DNA of 64,000 bases from contig NC_087472.1 in assembly GCF_036321535.1 (NCBI RefSeq), forward strand, positions 93,808,001 through 93,872,000. Reading direction: 5' to 3'. Both the position numbers and the translations under genes were made by a program. Shown here in pieces: positions 11,456 through 23,164 of the stretch. Every line of letters starts with the position of its first letter. The stretch's first letter is position 1. The notes beneath the pieces were generated by a model. It worked only from the letters and a program-made list of their open reading frames with translations. It had not been told where the DNA came from and searched no databases. This DNA is from Camelus dromedarius. Lineage: Eukaryota.

Positions 11456-14400
11456 GTACAGAGGGGCCTAAAACATAGTTTATGTTTAGAAATGTTTTAT
11501 TATCATAACATGTTACTTTCTTTAAATAATTGGTAATTCCTCTTTCCCCTAACACATTGGAGCATGTAATTCTTCTCTTTTATTCAGTTTACTAAAAATA
11601 TTTCGTAAGTGATAACTAAGATTTTATATGAAATCAAACTGTTCTATTCCAATATTTAAAAGGCTTATGCTTGGAAAGATGTATGCTTGGAAATATGAAC
11701 AGCTGTTTGAATGCACATGTGAAAAATTTCAATTTGTGTGTAAGGGAGAATTCTAGGGATAAGAGAATTAAGTCAATTTACCTTTGCAAAGGGAAACTGC
11801 TCTGGGAATTATTTAAGGTGGTTAAATTACATAGCTTTCCCCCCCACAAGCTGTCAACAATAAAGACATTAAGACTTCATTTGCAAGTTTTATCTTTAAT
11901 GTAAAATGACAGTAATTGACATTTAAGAACTGTATGATATAATATGCTACATGACACAGTCAGAAACTTGTACAAGCTTTGGAGCCTAGCTCCCGCATGT
12001 ATTTCCTTCACTTGACTATTACAACATCTGGAGTGTTTTTAGTAGTTGAGTCTTTTAAATATTATCTATGAGAATGCAAAAACATTGCTTGAGGTAATAC
12101 TACTGAAAATCAAAATAAGGACAGAGTATACATATTACTTTTACTTCCAGTCCTCCTTTAAAACTTAGTTAGTACTCCCAAAGTGTAACATTATATGAAT
12201 CAATTACCCTATTTGCATAATTTGTTTTTCAGTGCAAGGTAGCAGACCCTGACCCGGATTATCTCAAAGTGAACTGTCAGCAGGCCAATAAAAAAATTGA
12301 GCAGATGGATATCATTTTTAAAATTAGGCTTTCTTTGACAATAATCATTTTTGATGTTCTAAGATAATAAGAATCAGTAGGAAGAATTCATCAGGCATTT
12401 TCTTACATAACTATGTTTACAGTTTACACAGAAGCAGAGGGATGATTGACAAAAGGGAGGAAAATCCTTTATTTCATGAAAGGAATTTGAGTATAAATAC
12501 ACACACACACCAGTTGCTTAAAGTCTAAGAATATAATATATTCCTCTTTGCTAAACATGTTAGAATATCTCTCATTTTTTATCCTGTGTATAAGTTTGAA
12601 CAATTTTCATGTTAATTTCCAGTTTCCATATATTGTACTTTTGAAGGCATAGAAAAGATAATCATATTTATAAAGAGAATCTATCTCTTCAGTTAATGCC
12701 CCATGCTAAATTTGAAATTTACATCCTACACACCAGTCTGGTTACAAAATAATTAATTTGATTCAGATGTTTAATTAAGCATGACAAGGAGGCTTTAGTT
12801 TTAAGTTAAGAGGGAAAAAATGAAAGAGTCGCCTTGGAAAAGCCTAGAGCATATTTTGCAGAGCATCTTGGAACAAACAGTTTTAACTAAAGACTTACTT
12901 AGCCTATTCCTTTGATGACTTCATTAACAAGTCAAAATCTTCAAACCCACAAGGCCTATGACAGAGAATACTCTAGTAGCTAGATGTAGGACACATAGAA
13001 TTTGGATTTTTTGATCAAGTTATAGTAAATATCTTTAATTAAGCAGACTTTTCCTAGGGAATTAAAGGAAAGAAAAAAAGTGCTTCATTATTTTTTGATC
13101 CATTGCTTCCTCATTCTATACTAACTGAAAAGATCTTTTATTTGTAGATATTATTATGACTTCCATAAATAGTCAATATGTACACTGTGCACATATTCAC
13201 TTTCTGTGTGTTGTATTATGTTGCACAAACTCTCTTCATTGATATTCAAAACTACAGTTAAAAACAAGTCTTAATTTTTCCCTTTCACTAACACTTAACA
13301 TTTTATTGTAAGGAAAAGAACATAAGAGTTGAACTTACCATGATGATTTATTTGATTTTCATTTCAGTGATAAGTTTACATCTGTCCTCACACAGAATGA
13401 AGAGAAATCAGGGAACAATCACAGAAATGGTATAAAAGTAAACTTAAATTTTCTAAAATACAATAAACATTAGACAACCTGCAATTCCTCTTCTTGTTTA
13501 AATTTTCACTTACAAGAATATTTTGTGTAGGATTATAGTCTCTGTTAAGAAGTCAGGAAATATCAAATTGACTGACAAATGTTCTCATATCCCAGATTTA
13601 CAGCAATACCTATGCTCAGGTTTTTTTAACAGGCAGCAGCTTTATACAAATCCTTACAAATTAATCATGAATACCAAGTCAAGGGCTGAATCTCATTCAG
13701 AAATATTCAACTAAGTGAAGGGAGGTGAATACCATGTGGGAGGTGGAAGGGTATGACATGATGTCAGAATCTCAGGGCTAGGGGAGATGTTTCAAATTTT
13801 AAAGTTTCTGAGTTTCTTATATGTTCTGTGTCTTACCCTGACTCTCTAAAAGCCAGTGAAAAGCCACTGTAACTAATGGCAGAATGTTGTATCTACTATC
13901 TGATACTAATAGGAAAAAAACCCATAAACTATTGTTCTATTGGAACAGCTATTCCTGGTATAACAGTGGGTTTTGTGGCCAGCCTCTATCTTCAAAGATA
14001 TCTAAGGATTTTAACCTAGTCCAGTCTTCCTTGCAACTAACTCAAGAAATTTATGGGTGCATGTGAGATTCAAGAAAGTCGTCCTAAAACACTATGAATC
14101 TGACCCAGCACCTATACTTCATTGTTAATGTGGTTTATCAAGCGATGTGTAACTAGTTATTGATGAGACACAGTTGCACTGGAGAATAGGAGCTATTTTT
14201 TTTTTACCTTGAAGGAGCTACTTGGCTTGCAAGGTAGAAAAACCGAAGAGTGCTCAGAGCCACTGAATTTCCTGAACTGAAGTAGTCTGTGCCAATCCAA
14301 TCTCATCTGGTGTGATCACACATGTTCTAAGAGTGGAGTGACTGAGACACTAGAAGTTGTGGAGCACCACAGTGTTAACTGTGCATGCTGTGTTGCTGTC

Positions 14401-14699
14401 TGTCAGGTGTCTCTTCTTAAAAGGGAGTAAACTTGTTGTTGGGTAAAGTATACTATGTCTCATGAGCTTGATTGTCATTCCAAACTTAGACCACTCTCTC
14501 TTATTGACCACATCTGTTTCACTGTACTTCCACTTCATTTTCAAAGTGTACCTCTGGCTTTCCTGCTAGAGTGTGATTCTAGTTTCTTTTTCCCTTGTTT
14601 CTCTTACTGTGCTTTTGGTTTTACTTCAAAAGCCTCTGCCCTCTGTTCCATCCCCTAAATGTGTAAATTTGGCAATGAGGTGGATGCATCAAAATTGTT

Positions 14700-14900
14700 A
14701 GACTTAACACACATTTGTATTGGCATCCTAGCTCTGAAACTCGAGGGTTGTTTTATCCTGATAAAATCAGTTAACTTCTTGGAACTTCATTTTCTTATTG
14801 GTATTCTAGTCTTCTATATCTCATAATGTTATTTAAGCTACATAAATTTTACACATTTGAATGTGTAAATGGCTTAATGAGTAAGAATAAACCTAGTAAA
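14700..14900 (+). mobile_element. MIR SINE (degenerate)
   Basis: atcctagctctgaaact...aaatcagttaacttcttggaacttcattttctta. Confidence 0.45.
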
Positions 14901-15189
14901 TACACTTACATGAAATTTTATGTTGTGAAAATTAAGAATAACTGTACTCAATCTTTGTATCTTGCAAAACTTGTGATGGGGGACCCCACTATGTATTAAA
15001 GGCATATGCTGTGTCATATATTTACATAGATTATATCACATAAACCATCAATATAGACACTAAATTCATTTTACATTAGAAAATCAGAAGCTCTGAGTGG
15101 TTTTTTTTGGGGGGGTAATCTGAATTTTTTAAAATATAATTGCTTGGAATGAAGGACATTTCATCAATTTTATGAAGAGCATTGTATTA

Positions 15190-15360
15190 ATGCCATCATA
15201 TTTAATCTTTAAAACAAATCTATAAGTACTATTATTATCCCATTTCACAGATAAATAAATGGATATTTAGAAGAATTATTAGCATGTGGTAAAGCAAGCA
15301 TTGAAATCCAAATTTGTCTGACTCTAAAGTCTATAATCTTTCAATTAATAATGCCACCTC
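15190..15360 (-). mobile_element. MIR SINE
   Basis: tactattattatcccatttcacagataaataaatgg...gaaatccaaatttgtctgactctaaagtc. Confidence 0.7.
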
Positions 15361-15925
15361 TAATTCAGTGACTTGAACACAGTATGTAATTCATGTATAT
15401 TTGATGAATTCATACAGATTACTTTTATAGTTGGCTTCTTTGAGGTAATATCATTTTACTGTCTCACCTTCTGGAGGGGGCACAATATCAATCAATTTGT
15501 AGATGACAGGAAAATACCTGGCTGATATTCTAACCAACTTATATTAACATAATCTATGATAGAGAATTTCACGATACTTGGGAACCCCTAAAATTAACAA
15601 ATTTCAGAGTGTTAAGACCAGGTGTAACAAAGGAAAAAATATTCTGATTTAACAGGTAAGATTTTTTCAAATGCTCCTTTTAGAGATAAAGCTGTTATTT
15701 TACTGAATTATATAAAGAAAACTCTGCTGCCACATTGATCACACTTTTGAAATGTACAACTGAAATATTGCAGGGAAAATAGGATAAACAATTACATTAC
15801 AGAAAGGAGTGGGATGACAGAAAGTATAATTTGTTTGACTGGCATAAAAAAAGCTGAATGTTGTAACAAAGCCAAGGATAGAAAAAGAAAACATGACCTT
15901 AGAATACAAAGGAAAAAATATTAAT

Positions 15926-16372
15926 TATTATGGGTTGAATTGTGTCCCCAAAAAAGATATGGTGAAGTCCTAACCCCAGGAAACTTTGAATGTGACCTTG
16001 TTTGGAAATAGTCTTTGCAGATGTAATCAAGCTAAGACAAGGTCATTAGGACGAGTCCAGTAGGTACTTGTAAGAGGGAAATTTCAGACACACTGACAGG
16101 AGAATGCCATCTGAAAATACAGATGCACAAGAAAAGACAACTATGTGAAGACAAAGGCAGAGATTGGAGTTATGCTGCCACAAACTAAGGACCACCTGGG
16201 GCTACCCAGCAGCTGGAAGAAAAAAGAAAGGATCCTCCCCTAGCGGCTTCGCGGGAAATTAGGCCTTGCCAAGATTTTCATTTCAAATTTCTAGCTTCCA
16301 GAATTTAGAGAGAATAAATTTCTGTCATTTTAAGTCACGAAGACTTCCTTATAGCAGTCAGAAACTAATACA
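15926..16372 (+). mobile_element. MaLR solo LTR, MLT1C-like
   Basis: tattatgggttgaattgtgtcccc...gaagtcctaacccc...gaatgtgaccttgtttggaaatag; aataaatttctg polyA signal; ends gaaactaataca; ~450 bp. Confidence 0.88.
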
Positions 16373-16851
16373 CTATTTTTAAAATCTTCATTGCAAAAAA
16401 ACCCAACCCCCCCACAAATAACCTCCTCACTTACCTTTCCATAGGCCATAGAGTATACAAAGTTCTTTTGGAGTGGAAAGTTGTGTGAAACTCTCAATTT
16501 TCACTCTGTAAATATCTTAACATGGGTATGTTCTCATTCTCGACAAAGATTTGAAGTGAGAATGAAAGTTTTTTTACTGTTTTATTAACTTCTGATAACA
16601 TGATTTTTCTTTGTCTTCAGTGATAAACACGATTTTTTTTTCCTCATTGCCTTGTTTGCTCAAATCTTGACAAACTAAGAGCAAAGGGAAGATTGAGTCA
16701 ATCTATATTTTCCTCTAAATTATCAAGATCATTTGAAGCTTTAGCCTCAGTTATTTGATAATTGCTTCAAGGTCACATTTCACTTTCATGTAGGGCCCTA
16801 GCCAGAACATACCAGCAGAATATAGCAGTTTAAAAAAGCATGAATAACATT

Positions 16852-17458
16852 TGTATTTATTGCTATGTAACAAATTACCCCAAAACTTAATAGCTTAAAC
16901 CAACAACATTTATTATCTCACTGTTATTGTGAGTCAGGAATCCAAACACAATTTAACTGGATCTTGGGGCTCTAGGTTTTTTTCAAGTCTGTGTTACTTT
17001 ACAGGCTTAACTGGGAAGAATCTGCTTCTTAACTTTATTCATGTGGCTGTTGGCAGGATTCAGTTCCTTGTGGGCTATTGGATTGATGCCTTAGGTCCTC
17101 ATGAGCCCTTGGCTGCAGGCCTCCCTTGGTTCCTTGCTATGTGGGCCTCTCTTTAGAGCATCTCACAACATGGCAGCTTGTTTTAATCATCAAGTGAGAG
17201 GGCAAGAAAGAGTACCAGCAAAAGAGAGTTCCACCATGATGGAAGGCACACACTTTCGTAGTGTAATCACACAAATGACATCCCATCACTTTTGCCATGT
17301 TCTATTCATTAGAATAAAATAGTCTAATAATTATAATTCTTTTCATTAAAAGCAAGTTTCTAGGTCCAACCTGTACTCAAAGGGAGTGGGTTACACAATT
17401 ACGTGAATACCAGGAAACTAGAATCATTGAGATCCATGTTAGAAGCTGTCCACCATAT
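16852..17458 (-). mobile_element. MaLR solo LTR, MLT1F/G-like
   Basis: tattgctatgtaacaaattaccccaaaacttaatagcttaaaccaacaacatttattatctca...catcacttttgccatgttctattcattaga...tagaagctgtccaccata. Confidence 0.85.
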
Positions 17459-17739
17459 TATTGTGGGGTCTAATGATAAATATGCCCACTACCATTAAAT
17501 AATGATTTATATATTTATTGCAATGACAAGTAAATAATAATAAATAACTTCTCAGAGGCTGCAATCAGGAACTAGGTATAATAATTTTATAAAAAAACAC
17601 TTTGCAATCAATAATAAAGAAATTACATAAATTACAATGAAAAAGTAAAAGAGAGTGAATGAGAACTGCAAGCTAGTATTTTGGCAAGTTCATATATCAA
17701 TGCCAAATATTCAGTCAACAGTTTTACATATTCTGTACT

Positions 17740-17847
17740 GGATGAGAGCAAAAGCTTTGAAGTCATATATTCATGAGTTCAAATCTAGGGTCCAACACTT
17801 ACTAGTTGTGTGACTTTAGATAAGTTATTTAAAACTTCTGAGTTTTC
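17740..17847 (+). mobile_element. MIR SINE 5' part
   Basis: gagttcaaatctagggtccaacacttactagttgtgtgactttagataagttattt. Confidence 0.75.
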
Positions 17848-18655
17848 AAAATGGTGTAAAGATTTAATCAAAAAGATGCTCTAAACCTCCTAGAAGAAAA
17901 CATAGGCAAAACATTTTCTGACAAAAATCTCAGCAATGTTCTTCTAGGAAAGTCTACCCAGGTAATAGAAATAAAAGCAAAAATAAACAAATTGGACCTA
18001 AAAAAACTTACAAGCTTTTGCCCAGCAAAGGAAACCGTAAGCAAATTCAAAAAGCAACCTATGGCATGGGAGAAAATATTTCCAAATGATGTGACCAAAA
18101 AGGGCTTAATTTCCAGAACATATAAACAGCTCACACAACTTAATAACAAAAAAGCAAACAACCCAATAAAAAAATGAGCAGAAGACCTAAACAATAAACT
18201 CTCCAATGAAGACATACAAATGGCCAAAAGACAGATGAAAAAATGCTCAGTATCACTAATTATCAGAGAAATGCAAGTAAAAATTACAGTGAGGTATCAC
18301 CTCACACCAAACAGAATGGCCATCATTAAAAAGTCCACAGATGATAAATGCTAGAGAGGGTGTGGAGAAAAGGGAACCCTCCCACACTGTTGGTGGGAAT
18401 GTAATTTGGTGTAGCCATTATGGAAAATAGTATGGAGATTCCTCAAAGAAGTAAAAATAGACTTACCATATGATCCAGCAGTCCCACTCCTGGGCATATA
18501 TCTGAGAACAACAAACGTTAATGCGAAAAGATACATACACCCTGCTATTAACAGAAACATTATTTATAATTGCCAAGATATGGAAGCATCCTAAGTGCAC
18601 ATCAATAGATGAGTGGATAAAGAAGAAGTAGCATATATATGTAATGGAATGCCAT
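17848..18655 (+). mobile_element. L1 late-ORF2 fragment (no polyA)
   Basis: ORF-track peptide [30 protein letters not shown]; gaggtatcacctcacacc; ccatatgatccagcagtcccactcctggg. Confidence 0.92.
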
Positions 18656-18715
18656 TTGCGGCCCTTCATTCACTTTTTTTTTTCACTTCAAAAACCAGAA
18701 TTTTATAACTTGCAT

Positions 18716-19012
18716 AAACATTTCCAATGCATCAAGAACAATAAAATATCTAGAAATAAACTTAACCAAGGAGGCTACCTATACTCTGAAAATTGTAAAA
18801 CATTGATGAAGGAAATTGGAGATGGTACAAAAAATGGAAAGATATCTTGTGCTCTTGGATTGAAAGAATCAACATTATCAAAATGGCTGTACTACCCAAA
18901 GCAATCTACAAATCCAATCCAACCCATCAAAATACGACATTTTTCACAGAACTAGAACAAACAATTCCAAAATTTATATGGAATCATAAAAGATCCAAAA
19001 TTGCCAAAGTTA
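18716..19012 (+). mobile_element. L1 mid-ORF2 fragment
   Basis: Peptide [21 protein letters not shown]...[23 protein letters not shown]. Confidence 0.9.
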
Positions 19013-21103
19013 TCTTTTATAGGTCTTTTTTTTTCCCTTCTTTTTGATCTCTTATGGTTTGATGACTAGAGAAGTTCCTTTAACATTGGTTGTAAAGCTT
19101 GTTTGGTAGTGCCGAATTCTTTTAGCTTTTGTTTATTTGTGAAGATTTTGATTTCTCCATCAAATCTGAATAGCAGTCTTGCTGGATAGAGTATTCTTGG
19201 TTGTAAGCTTTTCCCTTTTATTACTTTAAATATATCATATCACTCCCTTCTGGTCTGTAGAGCTTCTGCTGAAAAATCAGCTTGATAACCTTATGGGAGT
19301 TCTCTTGTATATTATTTGTTGCTTTTCTCTTGCTAATTTTATTTTACTTAATTTTTTAATATATATGTATTTTATTGAAGTATAGTCAGTTTACAATGTT
19401 GCGTCAATTCTCTTGCTAATTTTAATATTTTCTCCTTATCCTTAATTTTTGTCAATTTGATTACTATGTGCCTTGGTGCGTTCCTCTTGGGGTTGATCCT
19501 GTGTGGAACTCTGCACTTCCTGGACTTGGATGACTATTTCCTTTCACAAGTTGGGAAAATTTTCAGTTATTATCACTTCAAAAACTTTCTCAGGTCCTTT
19601 CTCTCTCTTTTCTCTTTCTGGGACCCCTATAAATGTGAATATTAGTATGGGTCATGTTGTCCCAGAGTTCTCTTAAACAATCCTCATTTCTTTTCGTTCT
19701 TTTTTCTGTTCTGTAGTAGTGATTTCCACTAATCTATCTTCTAGCTCACTGATCCATTCTTCTGCCTCATTTAGTCTATTGCTTCCTTCTAGCATGTTAT
19801 TCATTTCAGTGATTTTGTTCTTCAACTCTGTTTGGATATTCTTTATATTTTCCAACTCTTTGCTAAAAACTTTGCACTGTGCATCTATACTCCCCTTGAG
19901 TTCTCTGAACATCTTTGCCATCATCACTCTAAACTCTTTCTCGGATAAATTGCCTATCTCCTCATCATTTATTTCTTCTTCTGGGATTTTATCTTGGGCC
20001 TTGGACTGGAAGATATTCCTCTTGCGGCCTCATATTGTCTGCCTTTCTATTTATATTTTTAGGTAGGTTAGTTATGTTTCTCAACCTTGGAGAAGTGATT
20101 CTCTGTGGGAGACATCCTTTGTGTCCCAGCAGTACACTCCTCTCTTGTCACCCAAGGGCCAAGGTGCAGGCGTCCCAGCGTAGAGTCTGGCCTGTGTTTG
20201 TGAATTCCTTCCATAGGCTTTTGGATTCTTGTTTTCTTATGTCTGGTATCTGCCCCTGGTGGATGAGACTGGACTAGAGGCTTATGCAGGTTTCCTGGGA
20301 AGATTAGTTGGTGCCTGCCCACTGCTGTGTGAAGCTTGATCCTGGACCTCTGATGGGTAGGAGTGTGTCTAGAGGCCTTTGTGGCTCAGGAAGTCTGCTG
20401 ATGGTTGGGGCTGTTTTCACCCTGCATGTTGTTTGGCCTGAGGCTTCCCAGCACTTAAGCCTACAGGTGTTGGGTGGGGCTAGATTTTAGGTGCTAATGA
20501 TCTAATCAAGATGTCAGCCTCCCAGAAAGCTCATGTAGATGAACACTCCTGGAATGCCCACCACCAGCTTTTATGTCCCCTGGGTGAGCTGCAACCATCC
20601 CCTACCTTCCCAGGCAACCCTCTAAAACCAGCAGGCAGGTCTGGCCCAGGTTCCTATGAAATCACTGCCTCTGCCCTTGGACCTGGCACACACGAGTTTC
20701 TGTGTGTGCTTCCCAAGGGAGTGAAGTCTCTGTTTCCCCCAGTCCTATGGGGTTCCTGGGCTCCTGCTGGCCTTTAAAACCAGATATCCTGGGGTTTCCT
20801 CCTCCCAGTGCTGGAACCCCGGGCTGAGGAGCCTGACGTGGGTCTTAGAGCTCTCACTCCTGTGAGAGGGCCTCTGCGACTTAATTATTCTTCAGTTTGT
20901 GCGTCGCCCACCAGGAGGTAAGGGGCCCTATTATATCACGAGAATGACCCTCCTACCTTTCTGCTGTGGTCCCCTCTTCATGTTTCGAGTTGAAGAAGAT
21001 TTTTTTTTTTGCTAGGTTCCAGTCTTTTTTTTTTTTCTCCAGTGTTTGTTTAGTAGTCAGTTGTGGTTTTGTTGTAGTCACGAGGAGAGGCGAGCTCGTG
21101 GTC
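19013..21103 (-). mobile_element. L1 5'UTR + ORF1 segment (antisense)
   Basis: Minus-strand coiled-coil ORF1-like peptide KELENIKNIQTELKNKITEMNNMLEGSNRLNEAEEWISELEDRLVEIT (19673-19927); GC-richer 5'UTR at 20150-21100. Confidence 0.9.
19342..19407 (-). mobile_element. 66-bp young L1 3'-tip insertion with 17-bp TSD
   Basis: ttttattgaagtatagtcagtttacaatgttgcgtcaa flanked by perfect ttctcttgctaatttta at 19325-19341 and 19408-19424; same 3' tip as the L1 at 62571. Confidence 0.88.
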
Positions 21104-21484
21104 TGAAACACTGGATTTTATTTTTGAAATGTTTAGTCTTTAGTTAATCATGGTCACAGAAAGTCACATGTCTACCCCTAGGACTTTATTTCAAAGTTCT
21201 GTGTGACATACTAAATGGCTAACTTGTGGAAAATTCCAACATTGTATGAAAATTGTTTCTTTTTTAAAATATGCTTTACCCTCTTTTCCTCTTTCTCTCA
21301 ATGAATGAAACAATCATTAAAATTATCTATATCTTTCCTTAATTTTTTTACCAATTGGTATGTTGGTTTCTAATAATTAAAATTATTAAAATCTACTATG
21401 ATTGTTTAATTTTAAATTTCTTGCTGTATTTATAACAATATAGATTCAAGTATTTTATTTTTGAATTGTTTGTATTATTTTAAT

Positions 21485-23160
21485 TAAACATTTTATTTGG
21501 ATATAACTGTAGATACATATACAATTGTAAGAATAATACAGAGACATCCCACGTACCCTTTATTCATTTTCCCCTAGTAGTAACATCTTGCAAAGCAATA
21601 TAGTACATTAGAAGAAAACTATATAGTACATATTACAAAACACAGGGAAGAAGATTCATGATATTAGATTTGGTAAGGATTTCCTGGATTTGACACCAAA
21701 TGCAAAAGCAACAAAAGTGAAAATAGAGAAATTGCACTACATCAGAATTTAAAACTTCTGTGCATTAAAGGACATAATCAACAGAATGAAAAGGCAGCCT
21801 ACAAAATGGAAGAAAAATTTGCAAATCATATATCTGATTAGAAGTTAATATTTAAAATATATAAGTAACTCTTACAACTCAACAACAATAGCAAAACAAA
21901 TAACCAGTTTAAAAATGGGAAAAAGACCTGAATAGACATTTCTCCAAAGAAGATATACAAATGGTTAACAAACATGAAAAGATGTTCAGAATCACTAGTC
22001 ATTACGGAAATACAATTAAAAACCACAACCCATTAGGATGACTGCTATCAAAATGAGAGAAAATAACAAGTGTTGGTGAAGTTGTGGAGAATTTGGAACC
22101 CTTGTGCCTTGTTGGTGAGAGTATAAAATGGTGGCGTCTCTAACAAAAATAGTATAGTGGTTCCTCAAAAAAACTAAAAATAGAATTACCATTATATCCA
22201 GCAATTTCACTTCAAGGTATATACCCAAAAGGATTGAAAGCAGGTTCTTGAAGAGATATTGCACACCTATATTCATAGCAGCCTGATTTACAGTAGCCAA
22301 GGCATGGAAGTAACCCACGTGTCTATTGACAGCTGAATGGACAAAGAAAATGTAGTATACACACTAAAGGGAATATTATTCACCCTTAAAAAGAAAGGAA
22401 ATTCTGACATATGCTGCAACATGGATGGATCTTGAGAGCATTATGCCATATGAAATAAGCCAGTCACAAAAATACAAGTAGTGTATGATTCCACTAATGT
22501 GAGATATCTAGAGTAGACAAAGTCATAGAAACAAAGTAGAATGGTAGTTTCTAGAGACTAGGGGAAGGGAAAAATGGGTAGTTGTTTAATGGGTATAGAA
22601 TTTCAGTTTTGCAAGGCAAACAAGTTCTGGAAATTGATTGCACAACAATATGAATATACTTAACAGCACTGAGCTGTACTTTTAAAAATGGTTATGATGA
22701 TAAATTCTTCTATGTATTTTTTACCAGACCCCCCCAAAAAAGCTATAGTACAATACCACCACCAGGATATTAGAATATTGACATTGTTACAGTTGATAGT
22801 TTCACTTGTATTCCTGTGAGTGGATGTGTGTGTGTGTATTCAGCTCTATACAATTTTATTAGGTGTGTAAATTTATGCACCTACCAAGAGAGTCAAGTTA
22901 CAGAACAAAACCATCACCACAATATCACTCATTTGCCTGTTTTTATAATCCCACCCATCTCCTTCTGGAAGCTTCCCTAGCTCCTGCCAAACCCCTAGAA
23001 ACTACTAATCTATTCTCCCTTTCTACCATTTTGTCTTTTAAAAATTTTTCAAATGGAATCTTACAGAATATAACTTTTGGGCACTGACTTTTTTTTTCAC
23101 TCAATAGAATTCTCTAGATATGCATCCAGTTATTGTGTGTATCAGTAGATCATTCCTTTT
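21485..23160 (-). mobile_element. L1MC-like 3'UTR (antisense), split by a nested + strand L1
   Basis: gtaagaataatacagagacatcccacgtaccc...gtaacatcttgcaaa..tatagtaca resumes at 22744 as tatagtacaataccaccaccaggatatt. Confidence 0.75.
21608..22740 (+). mobile_element. L1MA10/L1MB-like ORF2 end + 3'UTR
   Basis: aaaacttctgtgcattaaaggacataatcaacagaatgaaaaggcagcctac...gaatttcagttttgcaagg...aaaatggttatgatgataaatt; flanked by tatagtaca. Confidence 0.88.
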
Positions 23161-23164
23161 TATA

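Noticed and set aside
15601..15660. Candidate micro-exon (tttcag...aacag|gtaag)
   Set aside because: Weak polypyrimidine tract, no recognisable peptide and no partner exons.
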